DNA of 64,000 bases from Centroscyllium fabricii. Lineage: Eukaryota. Below the pieces are notes generated by a model. It was not told the DNA's origin, ran no database searches, and saw nothing but the letters and a program-made list of their open reading frames with translations. Positions within the stretch are counted from its first letter, which is position 1. Each line of letters opens with the position of its first letter. The stretch lies in the NCBI GenBank assembly GCA_051313645.2, contig JBNRSN020000009.1:5518001-5582000 (forward strand), given 5' to 3'. Below, piece by piece: positions 37,302 through 46,709 of this stretch. Both the position numbers and the translations under genes were made by a program.

Positions 37302-38630
37302 GAGAATTTCTTTTACTCAGCGAGTTGTGATCTGGAACGCGCTGCCTGAAAGGGCGGTGGAAGCAGATTCAATAGTAACTTTCAAAATAGAATTGGATAA
37401 ATACTTGAAAAGGGAAAGATTTGCAGAGCAATGGGGAAAGAGCAGGGGGGAGTGGAACTAATTGAATAGCTCTTTCAAAGAGCTGGCACAGGCTCGATGG
37501 ACAGAATGGCCTCCTCCTGTGCTGTCTGATTCTGAGATTCTTTCTCTGAAGACTTCTAATCACCCATAATATTAATGTGTTTGAAGGCTGCCAGCGACCA
37601 CCATTCTTGGGAGTTAGCGGAAAAGTTTCCAAAACTCGAAACAAAACATTTCCAAGTTGTTGGCTGTTGATTAACGGTGGTTGGATGTCTTTTGAAGTGA
37701 ATTTGCTGAGAGCTGGGTCAATTAACTCCATTTTTGGAAAGGCAGTTGATGTTTCAAGAATGTGACTTCAAAATATCAGAACTCTCAGCACTCCGAGCTT
37801 GTGATGGAAGCACCGTATGTGCCCAGTACTCCGTTGCCCATGGCGATGCATGCGGCACCTTCAGGGGACTTATCATTGCCTCTTAAGTATTTCACTCCAG
37901 TGCATTTGGAGAGCTGGAGAATTAACTGAGTCCTTCCTGACCTTCCAATTTGTACAGGGGAGAACTTGCATTGATGTGACATCTTACCGTGTCCTTGGGA
38001 AGTCCCAAAGTGCTTTGCAACCAATGAATAGCTAAAGAAGCATCATTTCCAGCATGTTAAGGAGTTGGGAACGTGCTCCCCACCGCCCTTGTGTTAAATG
38101 CATTGACAAAGCACCTCTTTTGCTTCAGTTAAGGAACATCTACGTTCGGAATGTTGCAAAGGAAATGGCAGTCGGGGAGTTGATGGCATCATCGGGGAAA
38201 CGAGGATCTAATAAACACTTCACTGTTTTAGCAGCACTTGTTAATGAAAGAGTCCAGTGTAATGAGTCTGTCATCTTATTTATTTGCAAAGGGCACAGGT
38301 CTGCCGTGGAATATTTTGGAAAAAGGACTGCAGCAGATCCTGTAAAAGCAGTTGAGGGTGGGGCCATTCTGAGCCCTGCCAGCTCGGGTTACTGCAGATA
38401 TTACATTGAGGCCCTTGTGATAGTTCAGACAACGTTCCTCCCAGTACTGGAGGAAGGCTGCCCTGCCAGATCCCCGCCAGACCTGCCCACATATCCTATA
38501 TCCTCTCAAGCTGCTTTTATATCAGCCCGAGAGGGATTGCTTGCACTGACTCCTTTCCCACATCAGCAATGCAAACTTGTTGGAGTGGACAAATCAATTC
38601 GATAGGAAGGCCCGATGAAGTAGGCCTGTT

Positions 38631-39200
38631 GAGCGAGAGGGCAGCCAGGCAAGAGTGTAGAACTAGACCCTGTGAGCGAGAGGGCAGCCAGGCAAGAGTG
38701 TAGAACTAGACCCTGTGAGCGAGAGGGCAGCCAGGCAAGAGTGTGGAACTAGGCCCGGTGAGCGAGAGGGCAGCCAGGCAGGAGTGTGGAACTAGGCCCG
38801 GTGAGCGAGAGGGCAGCCAGGCAGGAGTGTAGAACTAGACCCTGTGAGCGAGAGGGCAGCCAGGCAGGAGTGTAGAACTAGACCCGATGTGGGAAACATA
38901 GAAACATAGAAGATAGGAGCAGGAGTAGGCCGTTCGGCCCTTCGAGCCTGATCCGCCATTCAATGAGATCATGGCTGATCATCAAAACACAGTACCCTGT
39001 CGCTGCCCTCTCCCCATATCCCTCGATCCCTATCGAGCCTGCACCGACACACATCCCACCCTATCCCCGTAACCCCACATATTCAGTCCCCCTAACACTA
39101 AGGGCCAATTTATCCTGGCCAATCAACGAGAGGGCAGCCAGGCAGGAATGCAGAACTAGGCCTGGTGAAGGAGAGGGCAGCCAGGCACTAGTGTAGATCT
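38631..39200. repeat. 43-bp minisatellite (6 units at 38631-38886, degenerate units to ~39200) interrupted by a truncated V-SINE (~38894-39126, minus)
   Basis: Unit GAGCGAGAGGGCAGCCAGGCARGAGTGTRGAACTAGRCCCKGT starting at 38631, 38674, 38717, 38760, 38803 and 38846. Confidence 0.9.
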
Positions 39201-39914
39201 AGGAAAAGGACAATGAGGCAGTGGGTCAGAAATAGAGGAAGAGAAGGGCAACCAGATAGAGATAAAGCATCACAAATCCACAGGACAAAATATACAATGT
39301 GCAGAAAGAACATGCTCCTGGTTAGGAGCGTTGAGTGGCCAGCAATTAATTTATTTTCCCAAAATTAGGTAGTAAATAGTTACTATGACCAATCTGGGGA
39401 TTCTACATTACAAACAAAATGTCAGATTTGGCCACGAGGAAGAGTTCGGGAGGAGCCAAGTAAAGGCCAATCGTAGACAGGCAGAAGGACTCGGGACTTA
39501 TTCAAATCACGTCTTCCAATTAAAAATGTCTCTGCATTGTCAGCTCATTGAGGCACCTCGACTGAGCATGTCTGAAGCCCCAGTTCCTGCTGCTGCTGTC
39601 TCAGAAATGGAGCATAGCACACAGCGCGACAGTGACGGACACTGATCTGCCCCACGTGCTCATCACAAAGACTACCTGAGGAAATAAGGTTTGCAGTGAC
39701 ATGGATGAAAAGAAGTCTTTCTGACCCATCAAATCTGCCCCATTATGGACGGTGTCTCTCACCTGAGGGGCAGTTCTGAATGACCTCAAAAGCTAGCTGA
39801 GCAGGGCTCTGCGACATCTGTTATCATCTGTGTTTTTCAGGCTGGGACTGTTTTACATAGATGAGATTTATATGGTTTTAGCTGCATAAAAACTGCCTTT
39901 ATGAAAGGGTACGC

Positions 39915-40748
39915 TGGTGTAATGGTTATGTTACTGGGCTAATAATCGAGTTCAAATCCCACCATGGCAGTTTGAACATAAGAACATAAGAAATAGGAGC
40001 AGGAGTAGGCCAATCGGCCCCTCGAGCCTTCACCGCCATTCAACAAGAGCATGGCTGATCTGATCCTAACCTCAAATCTACTTTCATTTTCCATCCTGCC
40101 CGAACCCATGTGATCACCCGATAGAGGCGAAAAACCTGATTTAAAAAAAAACAGTGGCCAATTTGGGAGAAAAAATCTGGGAAATTCCTCTCCAACCCAT
40201 CTAGGCAATCGAAACTTGTCCAGGAGATCACATGGCCGATCTGAACCTAGCGTCACGTCCATTTAGCTGCCCGCTCACCGTAACCTCTAATTCCCTTTAC
40301 TTTCAAGAACCTGTCAATCTCGGTTTTAAATTTATTCAAAGTAGTAGCTTCCACAGCTCTCTGGGGCAGCAAATTCCACAGCCCCACCACCCTCTGAGTG
40401 AAGAAGTTTCTTCTCACCTCAGTTTTGAAATGAGATTTGGGAATTTGAATTAAATTATAAAACCCTGGTATCAGTAAAAGTGACTATGAAGCTGTTGGAT
40501 TGTCGCAAAAACCCAAATGTCCTTTTAGTGAAGGAAACCTGCCACCCTTACCTGGTCTGGTCTATATGTGACTCCAGTGATTGACTCTTAACTGCCCTCT
40601 GAAGTGGCCTAGCAAGCCCCTCAGTTGTTTCAAACCAATGCCAGTGGTTCCAGAAGAAGGCCCACCACCATCTTCTCCAGGGCAACTAGGGCTGGGCAGT
40701 AAATGTCGGCTTTGCCAGCAACACCCACATCCTGAGAATTAATTAAAA
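39915..40748 (+). mobile_element. tRNA-headed SINE whose body and tail match the CR1-group LINE at 24983-33000; interrupted by a CR1 piece
   Basis: Head GGTGTAATGG...GAGTTCAAATCCC; body similar to 32850-33000 (minus); tail similar to 24983-25095 (minus). Another copy spans ~52255-58755 (minus). Confidence 0.65.
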
Positions 40749-42186
40749 TTTGAAAAAGGGAAATAATTTCTCCTGAAGCAAGGCCCTACTGAAAGATGTG
40801 ATGGTCATGGAGAGACTGTCCCTGAATCTTTCATTATTAGCAGTATGTGAAGTGGATGCTTGTACTTGTATCAAACCCAATTACAGTGCTTGGGCTCGAG
40901 TCTATCCGAATCCAGCAGGACCCGGGTAGTTGTTCAAGGGACAACTCATCACATCTCCATAAACCACTTCCATCGGCACTCCCACTACTGCGGGGATTAC
41001 AGAAATCCTGGTGGCAAGGAATTCCTGATGCCCTGGGGTCTGCTGAGTCAGAGTGAGGAAAAAACGAATGAAAGGCAAAGACGAGAGGGGAGAGATGCGA
41101 GGGATGGAAATACTAGAAGGTAATGAAAGGAAAAGGACAGCGATCAAATGCACTCTAATGCAGAAATGAATGTGCGTGTTATTTTGACTCAGTAGGTAAA
41201 GAAAGAAATAACTTTAATTTCTCTCGCGCCTTTCACGACCTCGGGACGTTCCAAAGCGCTTCGCAGCCAGTGAAGTACTTTTGAAGTGTAGTCACTGTTA
41301 TAATGTAGGAAACACGGCAGCCAATCTGCACACAGCAAGCTCTCACAAACAGCAATGAGATAAATGGCCAGATAATCTGTTTTAGTGATGCTGGTTGAGG
41401 GATAAATATTGGCCAGGATACTGGGGAGAACTCCCTGGCTCCTCTTTGAAATAGTGCCATGGGATCTTTTACGTCCACCTGGGAGGGCAGACAGGGCCTC
41501 GGTTTAATGTCTCATCCTAATGATGGCACCTCACACAGTGCGGCACTCCCTCAGTGCTGCACTGGAGTGTCGGCCTAGATTTTTGTGCTCAAGTCTCTGG
41601 AGTGGGGCTCGAACCCACAACCTTCGGACTCCAAGGCGAGGGTGCTACCAAGTTGCACGAGAATAGAATTGGGTACCTCTGTAGTTGAATAGCCTATCGA
41701 TGTCACTGTGCAGGCTACCATATGGGAGACTAGCCATTTGTTCAGGAGCCAGTGGGCCACTACCATTGTATCATAGCCTAAAGGAGAGGAGGGAGGGGAG
41801 TAAAGTGGGGGTCTGTCTGTATTGCTTTCATTGTATTTATGAAATGTCCCAAGGCGCTTCACAATTCAGACAAGAATTGACAACGAACCAAAGGAGGAGA
41901 TATTAGGACAGGAGACTAAAAGCTTGGTCAAAGAGGTAGGTGCTAAGGAGCACCTTAAAGGATGAAGGAGAGGTTTAGGGAGGGAATTCCAAAGCTTGGG
42001 GCCTCGATAGCTGAAGGCATGGCCGCCAATGGTAGGGGGAAGGAAATGGCGGGGGGGATGCACAAGAGGCCAGAGTTGGAAGGGAGCAGAAATCTGAGGG
42101 TTATAGGCAATGTTCCCTCTACATTTTTTCGTGCACAGTCCCTTTAACTGGCTGTGTGACCCATTCAAATTTTCACACATACGAGG

Positions 42187-45100
42187 TGTGATAATACAGA
42201 ACAGCTTCTATCTGCTTACATCACTTCCGGGGACCTATGAACTTTTGTATGATGTCACTTCCTGTAACTAGCCCAGTATAAATACTGGGCTACTCACTAT
42301 GATTTAGTAAGATGCATAGTGAAGACCTCTTTTGTATGTAGCACCTTTATAAGTTGATTAAAGCTTACCTTAAGTTCCTATCGTGTAAGTTTCATTCTTA
42401 CAACAATTTAATCAACTTTGCAAAACCTCTCACTCAACTCGAACTTCTGGACAAAACTCGGAGCTGAGGATCCAGGGAAGCCACCAGCATGGAGAACCTC
42501 CTTAGACCGACTCGTCTCGATTTGGACCCAAACACCCCAGCAGCTGATAAAGTCTGGAAACACTGGTATCACGCTTTTGAAAATTTTCTTGTATATTGTG
42601 AAGCTGATGATGACATGAAGCTCAAGTTACTAATCAACTATGTCACCCCAAGGGTATATGAATGTGTGGATCATTGGACTAATTTTGATGAGGCAATTCG
42701 GACACTTCAGAGACTATATACTAAAACACCTAATGAGGTCTATGCTAGACATCTACTAGCTACAGCTCGACAAGGGCCAGAGGTATCAATTGATAAATTC
42801 CTTCATGAGCTTCGCAGGCTTAGCATGAATTGTAACTTTCAGGCGGCTTCAGCTGAGCTGTACCGTGAAGAGATGATTCGTGATGCCTTCATCTGCGGGC
42901 TTGCCTCCCCATTTATTCGCCAGCGTCTACTCGAAAGTAAGACACTGGAACTACAAAAAGCTTATGACTTGGCTTGTTCTCTGGATTTGGCAAAAAGAAA
43001 TGCAGACCTTTATGAAGTACCTAGACCTCGAACTGCTGCTTTAACCACAACCAGACAATTTAAGCGGCCACAGGTGAACTCTATTAGGGAGGACTTTTAT
43101 CCTGATGATCAATCTGAGGACTTCACTGATGAAGAAGATAATGACCCCACTCTGGCAGCCTCTTGGCGATCTAAGAAATGCTTCTTTTGTGGTGATGAGT
43201 TTCATCCTAGGAAATTCTGCCCTGCTCGCAATGCGATTTGCAGTCATTGTGACAAAAAGGGTCATTTTGCGAAGGTTTGCCTATCACGAGCCTCTACGAG
43301 GGCTTATCAAGCTCAGCCCTATCGAACTGCCCCAATTAGGGCCTATCAAGATATTCCGGCTAAATCTTATCATGCTTCCTCTCGGGGTTTTTCCCAAAGA
43401 AGCACACCTAGAGTTTCTGCCACTCTTTGTGCAACAACATCAATTACAGCTGCTTGTCCTCCAAATCTATTCTATGCTGCTGTGAAGGCATCAATTGCTG
43501 GACATACTTTAGATGCCTTAATTGACTCTGGCAGCTCTGATAGTTTTATTAGGGAACAGGTTGTTACAAAGTTACAGCTACATGTTTTCCCATCCAACCA
43601 GGCAATTGCGATGGCTCAGTCGTCGCTCAACACCAGAACCTCCGGCTTTTGTATTGTTGAAATATCACTTAATGGCCACGGGTATCCCTCTACCCGGCTT
43701 TCGGTGCTCAAGGACCTGTGTAGTGACCTTCTCTTAGGACTGGACTTCCAAAAGCAGCATAAGACGCTCACTATTGAGTTAGGCGGATCCAAACCCGGAC
43801 TCACTGTTTCTAATATCCTGCCTCAATTACCGTTCTGTGCGTTGTCAGCGGCTTCGCTGGATGAACCCTCACTATTTACCAGTATTCCTCCTCGATGCAA
43901 GCCAATTATAACAAAATCACGACGTTTCACTCAGGAAGACCAGTCCTTTATTGCGACTGAAATTTCTCGGCTTTTGGCAGAGGATATCATCGAGCCTTGT
44001 TCATTGCCATGGCGGGCCCAAGTTGTTATTGTTAAAAATCCTCTGCAGCCTCACAAGAAACGGCTGTGCATTGACTATTCACAGACCATCAATCAATATA
44101 CGGACTTGGACGCCTACCCATTGCCGCGCATAGATGATATGGTTAATAAATTGGCTGAGTACACGGTGTTCTCAACGTATGATCTGAAAAGCGCCTATCA
44201 TCAAGTACCTTTGAAACTCTCAGACAAGCAGTATACGGCCTTTGAGGCCAATGGACGGCTGTACCAGTTCCGTCGCCTCCTGTTTGGGGTCACTAATGGA
44301 GTGGCTGTCTTCCAGCGGGCAATGGATGACTTCGTCAAGCAGGAAAACTTAAAGGATACTTTTCCTTATCTAGATAATATTACTGTTGCAGGTCGTGATC
44401 AACAGGAACACGACGCCAATCTCCAACGATTTCAGGATGCACTCCAGCACCGTAATTTAACATTGAATGCGTCTAAATCTATTGAGTCGCAACCAACCAT
44501 CAACATCCTTGGCTATTGTGTGGGCAATGGCATAATTAAACCGGACCCTGAAAGGCTTCGTCCGCTCCAAGAGCTCCCGCCACCTAAGAATCCAGCCTCC
44601 TTGCGTCGGGCCCTCGGCCTCTTTGCGTATTATGCTAAATGGATTCCTAACTTCTCGGACAGAATCCAACCCCTACTGAAGGCCGGAACATTTCCATTAG
44701 ACACCGCGGCTGTTACAGCCTTTAATCTTCTAAAACAACTGTTGGAGAAAGCGGCCCTTCACTCTATTGATGAGAATCTGCCCTTCGTCGTTGAATGTGA
44801 TGCCTCAGAAGTGGCGATCTCGGCTACTCTGAATCAGGAAGGTCGTCCGGTGGCATTTTTATCCAGGACCTTTCAAGGTGCCGAAATACATTATCCTCCA
44901 GTGGAGAAAGAAGCTACAGCCATTATCGAGGCAGTACGGAAATGGAACCATTTCCTAGCTCGGCAACACTTTATGTTAATAACAGACCAGCGATCGGTCG
45001 CTTTTATGCTTGATAATCGGAAACGAACCAAAATTAAAAATAATAAGATCCAGCTTTGGCGGATGGAGTTGGCCTCTTTCGGTTACACCATCCACTACCG

Positions 45101-46709
45101 ACCTGGCAAGGACAATGTGGCCCCGGATACCCTCACACGAGCATTCTGCTCCGCTGTGTCACCCTCTACTCTCGTGGACGTCCATGATGGATTGTGTCAT
45201 CCTGGCGTTACCCGCATGTTACACTTCGTGCGATCACGGAATCTCCCTTTTTCTACCGGGGATGTCAAGAAGATGTGCTCGGACTGCAGAGTCTGTGCAG
45301 AATTAAAGCCTCAGTTTTTCCGCCCCTCGGGTGGTACGCTCATACATGCGACCCAGCCGATGCAACGGCTTAGCATTGATTTTAAGGGCCCATTGCCCTC
45401 TTCAACTCGAAACACTTATTTAGTGACCATGGTCGACGAATATTCCCGTTTTCCGTTTGCCTTTCCCTGCCCCAATATGCTGTCATCCACCGTTATCAGC
45501 TGCCTTGAACAGGTATTTTCTTTCTGTGGCATGCCGTCTTACGTTCACTCGGATCGGGGTCCTTCCTTCATGTCAGGAGAACTCGAGGCTTATCTCTCGG
45601 ATCGGGGCGTTGCTACCAGTAAAACGACGCCTTATCATCCTGTCGGGAATGGGCAAATCGAACGGTATAATGGCATCATTTGGAATTCTGTACGTCTAGC
45701 TTTGAAATCTCGGGGCTTGCCCATCCAGCAATGGGAAGCAGTACTCCCAGACGCATTGCATTCTACACGGTCCCTTCTTTCGACCGCCACGAATATGACT
45801 CCCCATGAACGATTCTTTCAATTCCAGCGTCGCTCATCCTCCGGGATCTCTCTTCCATCGTGGCTGACTACACCAGGACCGGTGTTACTCCGGAGACATG
45901 TCCGGGCATCCAAGAATGACCCCCTTGTAGACGAGGTGGAACTGACTGATATCAACCCGACCTATGCATATATCCGATATCCTGACGGTCGGGAATCCAC
46001 TGTGTCGTTACGGGATCTGGCTCCCTGCCCGCCGAAACTTACTGGGACACCTGGGGATGGTGATTTGCCAGGCGCATCTCTGTGCTCGCCAGGTACCCCT
46101 CACCAGGATCTGGATCTGACGCCGGCTGGCACTTCACTCCAGGATACAAACCGGAGGCAGACCGACTATGAGCCCGTTGGGGCTCGCACACGCAGCCACG
46201 ATCCACCACGTTCTACACGCCCAGAAACGAATCTACCACAGACCTACTCAACACCCGTTCGGGCTCAAACGCAAAGCCATGCTCTCCCAGACCCTTCACA
46301 GGGCGGGCCAGACCACACGGATTCTGATCAATGGCTCACGGCACGTAAACGGGCTAGAGACCCTCTATCACCATGTGAACCCAAACGGGTGCGACTCTCC
46401 CTCATTCGACGGATACGTAATGAAGGGAGGATTCCGGCCTCCTACTCTTTTGGGAGGGAGGCGGCCTCCTAATCTTTTGGGAGGGAAGAATGTGATAATA
46501 CAGAACAGCTTCTATCTGCTTACATCACTTCCGGGGACCTATGAACTTTTGTATGATGTCACTTCCTGTAACTAGCCCAGTATAAATACTGGGCTACTCA
46601 CTATGATTTAGTAAGAGGCATAGTGAAGACCTCTTTTGTATGTAGCACCTTTATAAGTTGATTAAAGCTTACCTTAAGTTCCTATCGTGTAAGTTTCATT
46701 CTTACAACA
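42187..46709 (+). mobile_element. Full-length, apparently intact Gypsy LTR retrotransposon B (YLDN RT, no tRNA PBS)
   Basis: 219-bp TG..CA LTRs at 42187-42405 and 46491-46709 with one visible mismatch; TSD CGAGG at 42182-42186 and 46710-46714; PPT GGGAGGGAAGAA. Confidence 0.98.
42489..46472 (+). CDS. Single-ORF gag-pol polyprotein (1327 aa): gag with 2 zinc knuckles, protease, RT, RNase H, integrase
   Basis: CFFCGDEFHPRKFC, CSHCDKKGHFAKVC, LIDSGS, YDLKSAYHQ, FPYLDNI, ECDASE..EKEA..TDQ, H-x4-H..CRVC, IDFKG..HSDRG..QIER; uninterrupted. Confidence 0.96.
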   Translation: MENLLRPTRLDLDPNTPAADKVWKHWYHAFENFLVYCEADDDMKLKLLINYVTPRVYECVDHWTNFDEAIRTLQRLYTKTPNEVYARHLLATARQGPEVSIDKFLHELRRLSMNCNFQAASAELYREEMIRDAFICGLASPFIRQRLLESKTLELQKAYDLACSLDLAKRNADLYEVPRPRTAALTTTRQFKRPQVNSIREDFYPDDQSEDFTDEEDNDPTLAASWRSKKCFFCGDEFHPRKFCPARNAICSHCDKKGHFAKVCLSRASTRAYQAQPYRTAPIRAYQDIPAKSYHASSRGFSQRSTPRVSATLCATTSITAACPPNLFYAAVKASIAGHTLDALIDSGSSDSFIREQVVTKLQLHVFPSNQAIAMAQSSLNTRTSGFCIVEISLNGHGYPSTRLSVLKDLCSDLLLGLDFQKQHKTLTIELGGSKPGLTVSNILPQLPFCALSAASLDEPSLFTSIPPRCKPIITKSRRFTQEDQSFIATEISRLLAEDIIEPCSLPWRAQVVIVKNPLQPHKKRLCIDYSQTINQYTDLDAYPLPRIDDMVNKLAEYTVFSTYDLKSAYHQVPLKLSDKQYTAFEANGRLYQFRRLLFGVTNGVAVFQRAMDDFVKQENLKDTFPYLDNITVAGRDQQEHDANLQRFQDALQHRNLTLNASKSIESQPTINILGYCVGNGIIKPDPERLRPLQELPPPKNPASLRRALGLFAYYAKWIPNFSDRIQPLLKAGTFPLDTAAVTAFNLLKQLLEKAALHSIDENLPFVVECDASEVAISATLNQEGRPVAFLSRTFQGAEIHYPPVEKEATAIIEAVRKWNHFLARQHFMLITDQRSVAFMLDNRKRTKIKNNKIQLWRMELASFGYTIHYRPGKDNVAPDTLTRAFCSAVSPSTLVDVHDGLCHPGVTRMLHFVRSRNLPFSTGDVKKMCSDCRVCAELKPQFFRPSGGTLIHATQPMQRLSIDFKGPLPSSTRNTYLVTMVDEYSRFPFAFPCPNMLSSTVISCLEQVFSFCGMPSYVHSDRGPSFMSGELEAYLSDRGVATSKTTPYHPVGNGQIERYNGIIWNSVRLALKSRGLPIQQWEAVLPDALHSTRSLLSTATNMTPHERFFQFQRRSSSGISLPSWLTTPGPVLLRRHVRASKNDPLVDEVELTDINPTYAYIRYPDGRESTVSLRDLAPCPPKLTGTPGDGDLPGASLCSPGTPHQDLDLTPAGTSLQDTNRRQTDYEPVGARTRSHDPPRSTRPETNLPQTYSTPVRAQTQSHALPDPSQGGPDHTDSDQWLTARKRARDPLSPCEPKRVRLSLIRRIRNEGRIPASYSFGREAAS

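Noticed and set aside
37785-38605. 183-aa ORF and neighbours as a host gene
   Set aside because: No recognisable domain; part resembles a decayed Harbinger Myb-like remnant.
38631-38886. Regular 43-bp repeats as a CRISPR array
   Set aside because: Units are head-to-tail with no unique spacers, there are no cas genes, and the context is eukaryotic. This is a minisatellite, as are 24342-24441 and 63770-64000.
39525-41060. Possible exons at ~39530-39676 and ~40840-41045 (similar cases at ~47100-47330 and ~49870-50100)
   Set aside because: Plausible splice acceptors exist, but I recognise no protein and see no consistent frame or strand chain. RNA-seq would be needed.
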